From positions 1 through 50,979 of the forward strand of contig NIVC01002832.1 in assembly GCA_002269645.1 (NCBI GenBank): DNA of 50,979 bases, in the 5' to 3' direction. The position numbers were made by a program, and so were the translations under genes. This document shows positions 34,740 to 47,417 of this stretch, piece by piece. Under the pieces are notes generated by a model that saw only the letters and a program-made list of their open reading frames with translations, had not been told where the DNA came from and did no database searches. Each line of letters starts with the position of its first letter. The first letter of the stretch is position 1. Source of the stretch: Macrostomum lignano. Lineage: Eukaryota.

Positions 34740-37319
34740 TAAGATTTGCTGCGCAATATTGTATCATAGGTGCCTGGGTTTTTTGCTTTGGCCCAGTTGA
34801 CAGACTACCATTGTTTGACTGAATTTTTAGCTCCCCCTCTAGCTAGGTGCCCTAGAAAGGTACCAGCTGGCGTTGTTGAGACTTGCATAAGCAGAAGGTA
34901 TTTGTGGATTGGCAAGAATGAATAGCTCATTTTAAGCTTGAAAATATTCCTTTTTAACAATAAAAATAATTATTAATATTTAATAATTGTTTCACATTGG
35001 TACAAAACCAAGTTCCAACCACAGATGCTAGAATAACTAGATGGGACACTTAGCACATTTGCATTTAAAATACTCTCAGTTCAGTAGTAAGTTAAGCATA
35101 ATCATTACAATGCATTTTTAGGCCAATGCTCATTTATTGGCTCTTAATCCCCCTAGCTTAAACACTCCAACTGTGCCTTTCCACAATACCTCCACATCTT
35201 AATTTTTATTGCCTTCTTGGAATTCTAATCTAAAGCTATTATGCACATTTTATTGGACTGGCTAATGTACATTATTGCTGAATCAATTAGCTAGTTGTTT
35301 AAATGCCTACAAGCTTAGGCTTCTAAACTTATCAAAGTAGTTTCAGCTGTCTTTTTTCTTATAAAATAGCTTATGCATTCTTTTTTTGCTACTAAACTGA
35401 AAGTATAAAGCTGTTTTACTAAGTATACTATATATGCCTGATTGGCTAATCTATTTGTAGTCCAAACTAACTACTAAATATTAAATATTGGATATAAATG
35501 CTTAGAAACAGCTGAAATATAGCAACAACTGAAAGCTACAATATGCAATATAGTGTCAGAGCATATTGTATGTGTGCACCTTAATATATCATTACTTAGA
35601 ATATGAAATATATCATTTATTAAATTGTAAAATTAATCTTAAACAATGCCTAGCATTATAAATGCAATGCAAATACAAATAAGTACAATACAAAAAGTAG
35701 GCATTTTAAAATGTTCTAAACATCTTATATATGCTTCATGCTGAGTATTAAAAGCATTAATCATTAAGAAAAATTCTTCTAATAGGATAACGTGCATTGT
35801 TATTTATTAGAAAAATATACAGATTTCATAATTGAATAGTCTAAAATTTTATTGGCCAAAACTCATTTATAACCATTGGCATTTTTGCAAACAAAAAATT
35901 AAAACAAAATTAGACAGCATATTAAATAATTTTCACCTATCTAGACAAGTCTCAAAACTGAATTGCATTTTCAGTCAAAACTAAATTAGTAATTTCTACA
36001 TTTCAAAGGTTGAATTTATAGTATAGTCAAATAAATACTCAACTTGAGCCCAAATGAGTCAATCAAATAACTGAAGTTTTTTTATTTGACTGGAGTAAAC
36101 TTTTTGGACTAAAAATTCTTGTCAATTAGCTTTTTGAATACTTATATAATATGCATATAAAACTGAAAAAGTCTCAAGTTTAAAGAAAGAAACAATCTAT
36201 GTACTTAGAAGCTTAGAACTTTGAATTTTTTTTATAGTTTGTATCTATTAACTTATATTATTTGTTAAGCATTATAAAAACAATGACAGAGACAAAACTA
36301 TGAAAACATGCATGCAGTATAAAGTATGAGCTATGAAATTAATTATTTAAAAATAATCACAATTCTTATATATTGATTAAAAAACTTGATATTGAACTTT
36401 ACTCAAACTACTCAACTTATCAAAAACTCAACCAAGTAGTCAACTTATCCAACATGTAAGCTTGGTTAGACTCTAATATATAGTATGGACTATTTGAATA
36501 AATAGGCTACTTTATTTGAATAATAATAACTAAATATCTAAAGTTTAAAATGCTATTTAAAAGACTAATAGCTAAAATCCCTATTAGAATAAATGTTGAA
36601 AACCTGCGGATGCACACTTTAAAACAGTCAAATTATTTTACTATGCTTTAGCATTATTAGAGATATTCCAAAATAGCACTTTCTGTTGAAATTGAAATTT
36701 CTTCCAAAATCAAGTCCATTAACTTTGGACATTAACTGCCAAAATCTAAATTCAGAAAAACAAAGTTAAATATGACCAACACTCACTTTTTACTTTTGAT
36801 TTACTGCTTATGCAAAACAAAATACATGTATATGCAGTAGAGATTGGTTTTTTAGCCACTTTTGGAAAATTGAAATTGAAATTTTATAATATCTCTAAAG
36901 CATTATAAATTATGAGTGTATAGGCCCTTCCACAGAGGTATTAGGCCCCCTTCCATGTATATTTATTTGCTAGAGTAGCAGCCAACAGAAAATAGCAGCA
37001 CACACATAAGCACCTGGGCATGCACTATGCTTTAGAAAAATTTCAAAAGTGTGCCAGCTGCCATTCACAATTTTACAACTTTTTCCTATAGGGACCAAAA
37101 TGACTATAAAAATAAGGGCTCAACTAGTTTGCTAGAGAAAAAAGAGATAGAACTCTTATTGCTAGAATTCTATTCAATCAAATCTATCAGCTAAATCTCA
37201 TGACCTAAATCCTATCTTCTAAATCATTTCCAAATCTTCTATAAAACTTCCCAAATAGCAAATACAATATCTTATTTGCCCTATTTGCAAAATTTTCATT
37301 GCCATGCTCCATAACAAAC

Positions 37320-38100
37320 TGAGACTCTCTTGTCTCCTCTTTGCTTTTCTATCTCTGCTTTTTTCCTTTGTTATCTCGTTTCTCCTTTTTCTTCTTTCCT
37401 CTACTCTTTATCTTTTCTCATCTCACTCCTTTCTGCTTTCTCATAACTGCTTTTTACTCTTTACTTAACTGATCTTTTTACTCTCCTCTGTCCTCTTTTC
37501 TCTTTTACCACTACTCTTTCATCTCTCTCTTTTTTCATTTTCCTCTTTTTTCCTTCTCTCTTGTCTCTTTCCACACTCTCTTATCTTTTATCTTTACTCT
37601 CTTATCTATCATCTCTATTCTTTTCTCTATCATCTCTATTCTTTTCTTTATCCTCTCTTATCTCTATTTTCGTCTCTCCTTATTTTTCTCTTTCCTTTTA
37701 ATTTCTCATTTCTTCTCTTGTCTTTATCTCTTTAATACAAATTAGAATAAATTTATCTATGTTAAATGTTAAGATTTGAGACAAGCATTGATCTGATTAG
37801 TTTACCATGCAGAATATTAGGAAATGTTTTTTTAAAGCATAAGATTGGCAAACTTTGGCTTCTGGCTCTGCCTTTCTCTATGTCCCTTAGGTCTTTCAAG
37901 ACTAATTTGCTCTCTCCTTATTCTTCCTATTCCTATTCTCTTTTTTCTCTCACCCTCTCTTTTCTCTAATCTCTAATCTCTTATCTTTCCTTTTTTCTCT
38001 ATTGTCTCTGGTCTTTTATCTTTTTGTCTACTTTTTTCTCTCCAATTTTTTTCTTTTTTTCTTCTTTGAAATCTACTTTCTTCTATCATCCTATATACTA
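37320..38100 (+). repeat. CT-rich low-complexity tract
   Basis: Long pyrimidine-dominated stretch (ctct/tttc). Confidence 0.85.
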
Positions 38101-39584
38101 AAAATTTTTCTTCTAGATTTAAGTTTGGCTAGATTCCTTTGAATGTTCCAATTTTTTGGTATATGGGCATACCCTGGGTATATACCATAGTCTTGAATAT
38201 GCATAGTACATACAAGATTTTTTGCCTTGCATAGTATATGAGGTTTGGATCGAATCTACTAAGACCAAGGAATATTACAACAATTGCTCTAGCAGTAGTG
38301 TATTATGGGATTTCTTGAGTTTTTTCTATTCTAAAGTAGGCATGTGCACTTTAAAATTTTTAATTAAACCTTGAAATTGAAGAAGTGGATTAGTGATAGA
38401 TCCAAATATTTAGATTTGAATCCAAATCCAAAAAGTCTCACTTTTTTTAGAAGTCTAAATGTTTCAGATTTCTTAAATTATATTTTCCAAATTTCCAATT
38501 GTGCTTCCGAATATGAAAAAATCAAAAAACCAAAACAACATTATGCTAATGTAAAAGAAATATAACTTTAAAAAAGAAAGTCAATTAAAAAACAAGAATG
38601 CAAAATTTTATGTAATATTGTTTGTTTTGACAATTGTCTATTTTTTCAATAACTTATTATTAAAAAGTGTTAATAAGTAAAATTACTTAACTTTGGGACC
38701 TTTGAAGCATTTTCAACTTAAAGTTGCAGAAACTTACTCTAGATCATGTAATACATGCCTAAAAATTTAAGCATGCATTGGACTTGGATGTCAAAAATAG
38801 GCATGCACAATTGGTATATATCACTCCTAAAAATGTCTGTGCACACCTAATATATACTTTATAAAATCATGCAAGAGAGTTATTGTAAAGTACAAAAAAT
38901 ATTTAAAAGTTCATTTTAACTATAAATTTCAAGCCTTCTGGTTTTTTTAAAGCTTGTAATAAAGCATTTAAAGTAATAAAGCATATAAAAAGGTCATTTA
39001 TTGACATTGTCACAATATCAGTATAGCTTTAAGAATAGGTATGCACTTAATTTTTTTGGCATGCATTTGAAGTTATTCAACTTCTGTTTAGGCTTAGCTG
39101 CAGGGTGGTCCGTAGACACAGCGGGGAGGCGAGGGTCGCCCATTCCGCTAAATCTGTTTAGGCATATATATGCACCTAGCATAATCCAGACTATGGCCTA
39201 AGCCTTAAAATTACACTTTTAAATTAGGCATACGTAAGGTAAAATTTGGCAAATTGTCTCTGGCATAAAGATGAAACCTAGATAAGCATATTAAACATTA
39301 GGCCCCTATTTTTAGGCTTTTGTAGTAATGCCAATAGGCCTATGCCTTAATTGCCATTTTTGACTTAAAAATTGGCTTAAACCAAAGTGGACAAGGGCCT
39401 ATATGGTCTATCTTTAGGCCTACTTTGATAATATACCCTAGGCCTAGGACAGGAGGCATAGGCTTAGTCAAACTTTTTTTAATTAGTAGTTAGGGGGCCT
39501 GCCTAGCATTAGATTTCAGATCATTTTTTAGATCAAATGGCAAAATGATTCAAGAATTTGATAAAGTTTATCAACTATATAGAC

Positions 39585-40250
39585 ACCATAGTCAGGAAGG
39601 TGGCAGAGTGTGCGCCGGAACAAATTTTGGCCTCTCCCAAAATTGTGCGCCGTGCGCCGACACAAAAACCCTCGTGTGCGCCGTTGTGCGCCCGCCACTA
39701 CCTGCCTTGCGACAATAAAAGACCTTTTTTTACAACATAGCAACAATTTTTGTGCGCCAATATACGGGACGGTTACGGGCTATCTATATTATATTATGAG
39801 AAATTGAGATCGTTAAACCGAAAATAGAAATTTAAAAAATTTTTAATTTAATTTCTAATTTTTAAAACAAAACAAACATAAAAAGTAAGCAAATGGCAAA
39901 AACAAAGGTAAAAAGGAAAAGGAAAATATTTTATTTTATTTTTTATTTTTTGGTAGAATGCAGTGTTACATTAGATAGAACAGTGAATAGTGTACTGTAA
40001 CAAGTAACGACTTACATCGTTACATGGGATCGCCACAAGGGTAACGCTGCATGTGGCGCGGCGCCCGCCGCGCCGCGCCGCCATGCGCCGGTGTCCTCTG
40101 GTGTGCGCCGTTGTGCGCCGCTGTGCGCCAGTGCGCCGCTGTGCGCTGTTGTGGCGCGCCGCTGTGCGCCGTTGTGCGCCGTTGTGTGCCCAAAAAGGGC
40201 TTGTGTGCGCCGGAATTTTCCGACCAAACTGCTACCTTCCTGACTATGGT
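39585..40250. mobile_element. 666-bp non-autonomous TIR element (MITE-like) with 22-bp TIRs and 6-bp TSD
   Basis: accatagtcaggaaggtggcag / ctgctaccttcctgactatggt (1 mismatch). atagac at 39579-39584 and 40251-40256. Confidence 0.8.
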
Positions 40251-41336
40251 ATAGACATAGGCCTAGGCCTAGTGAGTAGTGATTAATTAGGGAGTCTAAT
40301 CATAGGGCCTAAGTTCAGGGGCATAGGCATAGGAAGGGGGATAGGGGGGTGTATCCCCCATAGGAAATTCCTGGCTATGCCCCTGTCTAGGTTCTATAGG
40401 CTACTTTCACATTCCTAATTCCAGAACCAGAATCAGTTCGGATCTTACAAGAAAAAAGCAGTATAACTAGGGCCTATTCAACTTTGTTGAACGTTTGACT
40501 GCTTTAAGAGCCTCACAATTTGCACAATTTTCGACTTTCTTCTTGGCTATTGCCATTCTGGCATTCAATAATTACAACTTTATAGCACGTAGGCCCTATA
40601 TCCCTCTAGTTTAGGAGACAAAAGTTACTTTACAAATTGGATCTGGTTCTAGAACCAGAACAAGCAATAAGAAAATGTGGTGTACGAATAATGTAGTAAT
40701 AGTAGAAAGTTTGGCTCAAGCAAGAAGCCTGTTTGGCCAATATATTTCAGTGCATTTAAAAATAATTCAAGAGTAGAAGGCAATATTTATAACGCAGCAA
40801 GTACGACAGGCACTGCAGCAGCAGGTTAAAATACTTTTAAACTATAAACGTTTTAAACAAAAATTCGACTACTTATTAAGGAAAAGTTATATAATTCTAA
40901 CTTTCATTCCTAAAATCGTCTTTCTGCTTAAATTATACATTCTGGCAGTTATGCATGCGTGTAGGCTTATGCGTCCTCATATCTGATCGTCCCAGACAAG
41001 ACCGAAAATTCGAAACCGATTTTTGAGCTTCCAATTTTAACAGGGTCCCTCCGGCCAAAATTCCTGTCCAGAGGAAATTTTTATATGCCAAACAATTCCA
41101 GCAGGTAACTTAAGGGCCTGTCAACTTAAGATCATAAAGCTGAGCCCGAAAAAGTTAAAACCTATCTATCTACATAAATCATTATTACGTGTCATTCTGC
41201 TCACGTGACACCAGAAAGCTGGATTTGGCAAAAAAATACAAAATTGGACCTGGGATAGGAGAGAACAAGCAAAGGGGACAATTTGGTACGTCACCTTATG
41301 AGCTTAAGTTTACATAAGATCGAGTAAGATTGGCGA

Positions 41337-41577
41337 TGCAAAAACTGTAGTGTCAATAAAGACTTCATTAAAAGCGCAAGATGGACAGCAATAGGAAAAT
41401 TTCTTATTCGACGACAGTAGCATTGCCAGTGTTGTCCCAACTCTACCCATTTTCCACTTCTATCCATCCTCTTCCCCCTCCCAGTCCCATCCCTTCTGCG
41501 TGGCCTTCTGCAGCTCCATCCTCGTCGCTCTCGCTCGTTGCATTTCTATCCCCTCACCAACCTCTCTCCCTGCTTTC
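41337..41577 (+). repeat. Inverted partner of 32942-33184
   Basis: See partner. Confidence 0.9.
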
Positions 41578-41849
41578 TTTTTTCAATGGCTGTTGAAACT
41601 TTCCATGTCAATTTTCAGCCTCTTGACAAGAATGTGCGACGCAGTGGCCGAACGAGTGATACAACCCCAGACCTTGTACCGTGTAATTGACTGAGTGTGA
41701 CAGACGAGTCGCAATTCTTTTCCAGTTTCGACTTTGCTAATCTGCCTCCGCGAGTGCTTGCAGAGTGATGAAGCCCCATCCCATACGATGGTGACAAGTA
41801 ATTTGGAAGGTTTCTTTCTGGCTGCCTGGAGCTGGACGATGTGAACGGG

Positions 41850-42721
41850 AAGATCGTCCGAATTCAGCCATTACAAATGCGATTTCTGTTCATCGATCTG
41901 GGCATGGAGCTGGATCGAAGGTGTCTGTGCGCTGGGTACCCCATTATTTGAACACGACCCAGATGCAAGCTCGTGTTGAGTTCGCGAACTTTATACTAAA
42001 CAAATTCGACGCAGGGACTTTGAAATTGGGTAGACAACATCCTAATAGGGGATGAAACTTGGGTGTACTTATGACCCAGAGACAAGATCCCACAGCAGGC
42101 AGTGAATTGCCTTCGAAGAGGATGCCCCTTATTATATTTCTACTCAATAGGAGTATCCGCAAGGTCATGACTGCAGTCTTCTTTTGGCAGTGTGGCATCC
42201 TGCCGCCCATTCTACTCGAGGAAGGTGCTAAAAAGTGACTGGCTGCTGGTAGTCAGGTGTCTGCTTGCCGCAGGTGATGGAGTTCCTCCGTAAGGAGCGA
42301 CCAAAGACCAGAGACCGTACCATTTTCCTGCACCATTACAATTCGCACCAGCTCACCGCCAGGGTGACGCAGGAGTTTCTGACATCGACTCAGCTGACTC
42401 TGCTGTCACATCCAACCTACTCGACCGACCTCGCTCCTGTTGACTTCTTCCACCTTACAAAAATCAAGATGAATCTCAAAGGAAGGCGCTTTGACTCAGA
42501 GGCGCTGAGAGTAGAGCTGGAAGTTTCATAGCTGGAAGCTGTCACTCTACTGTACTGTTTTAATTATAGCATCGTTTCATCGGATGAAGAAATGTGTCAA
42601 ATCTGTCTGGAAACAATACGTATGTTGGGAAGTCTCATTAGGTGGGGGGTAGATGCAGATAAAATTTTGAAGTGACAGCACTTTAAAATGTCTTTTTCCG
42701 CGAATTTATTAGCAGCCCTCG
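41850..42721 (+). mobile_element. Degenerate mariner (DD34D-type) transposon, right part
   Basis: Frameshifted WVPH, DETWVY-YDPET, KVMTAVFFW, HPTYSTDLAPVDF, LKGRRF. Ends ...ttagcagccctcg followed by TA, a mariner-like terminus. Left end not found. Confidence 0.85.
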
Positions 42722-42779
42722 TACTCCGTGAAAAGAATTGGAAATCTGAACACGGCTTTTCTTAATTCTAACCCAAAAA

Positions 42780-43926
42780 CTATATTATATATTCCTCACT
42801 TGCCCACAGTCCACAGTCTATGGTTAAAAGTGGACCCGTTTATACGCCCCAGACAAGGAGTTCATATAAGTAGCTCATGGATGAATGGACAAACATTTTT
42901 CTCCAGACTCATACTCGCTGTTATCTCAAAGGTCTTTCGCAATGGAAAAAAAAACTTAAACCTGGCGCAATACCAATGCAATACCCAGCTACGCTGCAGC
43001 TTCCAGCTTCAATCCCACCCCAAGTGTCACCGCAACCATCACCAGCTTCAATCCCGCCCCAAGTGTCACCGCAACCATCGCCATGCAGCTTCAGTCCCAC
43101 CCCAAGTGTCACCGCAACCATCACCAGCTTCAATCCCACCCCAAGTGTCACCGCAACCATCACCAGCTTCAATCCCACCCCAAGTGTCACCGCAACCATC
43201 ACCAGCTTCAATCCCACCCCAAGTGTCACCGCAACCATCACCAGCTTCAATCCCACCCCAAGTGTCACCGCAACCATCACCAGCTTCAATCCCACCCCAA
43301 GTGTCACCGCAACCATGGCCAGCTTCAATCCCGCCTCAAGTTGCACCGCAACCTTCGCCAGCTTCAATCCCATCTCAAGTTGCACCGCACTCACCAGCTT
43401 TCATGCAAAATCCAAATTCAACAAAGAAGAATTTGCGGCCTAAAATAAAGAAAATGGAGACAAAGTAAGAAAAGAAGGATACCTGACGCATTTAGAAGGA
43501 ATTTGCAGCACTATAAGATGCGCTCAAAGCGGCTAACCAAAATTCTAAATGCAACCGTGAAAAGAGTTAAGCGGCTGGAAAATGAATCAGCAAATATGAG
43601 CAAAAATCTGAAGATGTTTTTTAACGAAAGAAGGACGAAGAATGATGCTAAACTCGAGCAGAGGGAAGAGTGGCAGATTTTTGGCGGAAATTGGCATCTT
43701 TGCCGCACAGGTGCACTTCTGTTCTCCAAAGGCGTATTCTGTAATCAGACGAGTTGTAAAGTTACCGGCTGTGTCTACCATCAGAAGATGGAAGCTCGCT
43801 GTTGACGGGGATCCTGGTGTGTCCTCTACGGTAGTTTCAAAGATAAAGGAGCTATGTAATCAATCGATATGGAACAAAAATTGGGTAATCGTGATTGATG
43901 CGATGAAGCTGCGAAAGGAGTTATGA
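42780..43926 (+). pseudogene. P-element/THAP9-like transposase remnant (THAP C-half, repeat linker, coiled coil, start of catalytic domain)
   Basis: KHFSPDSY...LKPGAIP (THAP signature). QVHFCSPKAYSVIRRVVKLPAVSTIRRW and VIVIDAMKLRK match the P-element transposase N-terminal region. Multiple frameshifts, truncated. Confidence 0.8.
43004..43400 (+). repeat. 39-bp tandem repeat, about 10 units, inside the THAP transposase remnant
   Basis: Unit cagcttcaatcccaccccaagtgtcaccgcaaccatcac. Confidence 0.92.
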
Positions 43927-44968
43927 AGTGATACATTTTGGCTCTAGAAAGCTCCCATCCAGATTGAATGTATTTTAACCAATGAATGCGCTCCAAATAG
44001 CAAAAGCTGAGGACACGACCCCAACCTCAACCAATGAAAAACAGTTATGTACCATCCAATGCGATTAAGACTGAAAAGTACTATAAAAGCTCATGTTAAC
44101 CAAGAAAGAAGCTCCGCCCTTCTCTCGCTCCGCCTCTCCTCGCCCTTGCCTCTCCTTCGCCATTCTCCTAGCTTACCTCGCCTGACTATTTTGATTGACA
44201 TAGTTAGGGTCTCAACCCAAACACCAAAACTGATAGATTGACTTACCATAGCTAAACCAACACCCAATCCACGTTTTACAATAGACTGAACCTTTGGTTC
44301 ACCCGAACAACTAGAAACACCTTGTGACTTAAATCGAACGAGCTTCTTATTTGGAATTCACCCCTTAGACATTAAATTTTGTGAGACAACATCTCGAGAT
44401 TGTGACCATCAAATACAACGGTCTGTAAGTTACAATCAAGTGTTTGCATCATCAGAAAAAGTCAGTTGAATCCGCCGCCTCAGTTATTTGGCTCTCACAT
44501 TGATATTTGAAGTAGAACAAGAGCCATAGAAGTGAGAGACCAGAAGAAGAACAATAACGTATATTTTAAAATATTTCAGTTATGTTGGAGTAGAGCAAAG
44601 GGTGAATTCGTTGGCTACGAAGACTTGGGGAAGGCTGTTGAGCATACCAGAAGCTTTTTCGACATAAAAGCATGGGCGTCAAAAATACAAACTAACTGCT
44701 GGTCTATCAAGGGGCAAAATTCGTTTACCACGCAAAAGAGCGCAAATGTAATGTCTGGCCATGTTACTTGTATGTCTTTAAAATAGTGCATTCTTTTCCT
44801 ATGCGCGTTAATCCGTGACTTTGGAATTAAGAACTTAGGGGGGGACTATTATTACATTCCAGCAGCCAATAAAATTCATGGGGGGAATATCCCAATTTTT
44901 TAGGAGTCTTGGCTTAAGGACTCGCTTTTAGATGAGCGATCCTTTCTATTCCTTCATCCATGAAGTAG

Positions 44969-45140
44969 CTCGTAGCAACCTGGAGTGGAAACGAATTTTT
45001 CTGTTTTACCTCATGAGGCCAAACTAGCATAGACAGAGTCAGACAGAGCCATCTAGAAATTCAGTGCTGGCTCCTTATTCTTTAAAATTGGCACGGCCTC
45101 ATGAGGTAAAATCGCTTCTGCTTCAGATTGCTAATTGTAG
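44969..45140. mobile_element. Small fold-back/MITE-like element
   Basis: Perfect 17-bp inverted repeat ttttacctcatgaggcc (45004-45020 / 45095-45111), extending outward imperfectly (tagcaacctggagtggaaacga vs reverse complement tagcaatctgaagcagaagcga). Confidence 0.6.
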
Positions 45141-46722
45141 AGCTCCTTGCCCCAGGCGAGCGGGAAATAAATCAATTATTGCCCGGGGCAAATAAATGAA
45201 GTACTTTAAGACATAGACTGCGTTGGCGGGCGAACGGAGAATACATACATAATTCCCCACTTGTTTGACTTATCTTTGGCCGTAATCGTCTTCACACGCG
45301 TCTATTTGGCCTCGGCTACGACCAAAATAAATAAAACAAGTGGGGAATAACATATACTTAATCCAAACTGTTTCCTGGTAACCTGCTGCAGTGCGTTACA
45401 GTACACGTCCCGTCGCTACGAGCGTATTGTTAATTTTTCGAGCCTCTGATGAGATGTCGTAAAATCGATTGATTTCTTCAGTATCGCAGATTTGAAATTG
45501 AGGAAATATACCGCCCGGTATTTTACGCTCGTAATTTTATTAGAAATCGATACAACAGTTGTAAGCCGAGCTACTTTGCTAACACGTCCGCAAGGTTGCA
45601 TAGCAAGTCTCCGTACGGGACAAGTTGGTTTACTAAGAAACCGGCAATTTACAAACAAAATAGTAGAATTCTATAATGAAAACTGAACTTTTCACTATAA
45701 CAATCTCTCATCTTTGACGCTTGGACAAACAAAGCCAAAAGAGGTCTCACAATACGAGCCTATCACAGAAACACCTCTTCCTAATATTACCATTTGCACA
45801 GCGTAGTATACATACGATACAGTGAAACCCCTGGTCTTCTACGGACAGGGGGGATGCCCCCCAGTAAACGCTGTGGGGAAGGAACATGCCAATCCTTGAC
45901 CCGCCAAATTTTGATCGAGCGGTCTTGGAGTTTCAAGCTTTAATTACTACAAAAAAATTATGCGTACATGCTGCAAAGCTGAATATAAATAAAAAAATTG
46001 TTTAGGCTTACTCTGCGTGTTGCCATTTGGCGTAAAGCAGTGAGCTGCGTTTTTCACCAAAGCCACAACTAGCTGAGCGCTCGTTGTCAATGGACGGCAA
46101 AGATACGCTAACTCGTTTTTTAGATATCATGACAAACTAGCATTCTTAGATTGCTTAGCTGCATTTGCGAAATTGATTCAAGTCTAACAAAAAACTTCAT
46201 TGAATATTAACTACGAGTATTTACAAAAAATTCTCACCTGCAGGGTTTAAAATAGATTATGGATAGCTATAGCTCTCTTCAAACTTAATCTACAAAAAAC
46301 TAAAAAACACGGAACACAAAACTAATCTACAATAGAAGCAACAATCAGAAACAACATTTAATATTGAAACTTCATTCCTTGTCAACTTTATTTTCAAAAA
46401 CTATTCTCATCCACTTAAAGTATAAAAAATTGGTTTGTCATCACGATAAAAAATCAACACTGTTTTAAAAATCAAAGCTCATTGAATCGGCAGTCAAATA
46501 TACTCATAAAAATATTGCGTTTACAGTATTTATGATAGAAGCTATATCCTAAATTCCTAAACTAAAGTTGCAATAAAATCGTGAAGTCCTACATGGTTTG
46601 TTATCAAAGTCTATTGAAAAAGTACTAAGATATTCTACACACAGATAGACTACGGGATGTTGAGGCGGGCTTAATAATTATTAATTAACTTGTACTAAAA
46701 CATTGAAAAGAATTAATTCCTG

Positions 46723-47288
46723 CTACATAAGGTAGATTACCAGCCGATCAGCGTAGCCGCTGCCCACTCTGCTAGGAGCATCCTGGATGTAGTTGTAAAC
46801 CAGAACTGGCAGAGATCCCTTGAAGCCCTCACTAATCCAGGGACAGGAGTCTTCCTTGTCCGAAACGACAAAGAAGCTGCGCTCGGTGTCACAGCCCCCG
46901 CCCGTACTGCTGATTGAGAAATGCCGCTTTCTGGATGAGTCGCCATTCAGCGAAAACTGGCTGAATTCAGTCCGGCCGATCCAAAATGGGTACGACGACT
47001 CGATCCGCTCCTTCGAGAACCAGTTTTCGCGAGTCAACTTGTCTGTATCCTTGGCAACGTTGAAAATCACCTGCGACACGATGCTCTTGCCTTCGCGCAT
47101 CTCGACAACCATCCTTGACTTGCCCGACTGCTTTACAGTCAAGGCCAGCTGGTCCAAGAGATCGGAGCGGTACACTGGTGGCAGCGAACCGTCTGCCAGC
47201 ATTTTGAAGTCCTGCCTATGCGAAAACACGTTAAGCGCCTCTCGGTCGACATTTGCCTTGATTGTGAACAGAAGCTGCTTGTATTCTT
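46723..47288 (-). CDS. Terminal exon of an uncharacterised gene; second copy of a ~190-aa domain
   Basis: Acceptor tttacAG|AAGAATAC (phase 1), open to TAG. Paralogous to the upstream exon (YRSDL, ENWFS, SSYP, GGC, C-W, GYADRL.IYL). Confidence 0.85.
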
Positions 47289-47417
47289 CTGTAAATAGAG
47301 GGAAATTAAAGAGTGAAACATGAAATAAAACTTTCATTAGCTTTAATAATAAACTATGTCAGTAGTAGCTTTAAAGGGTCCGGCAAACCCGTTTAATATA
47401 AAGCAAATACGACTCAC

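Noticed and set aside
17608-39100. Functional link between duplicated UNG and the C->T-scarred block
   Set aside because: Only proximity supports it. UNG acts in trans and does not repair 5mC-derived T:G mismatches.
32942-41577. An 8.6-kb autonomous transposon defined by the 240-bp inverted repeats
   Set aside because: No TSD, no recognisable terminal motif and no matching transposase. Kept only as an inverted-repeat observation.
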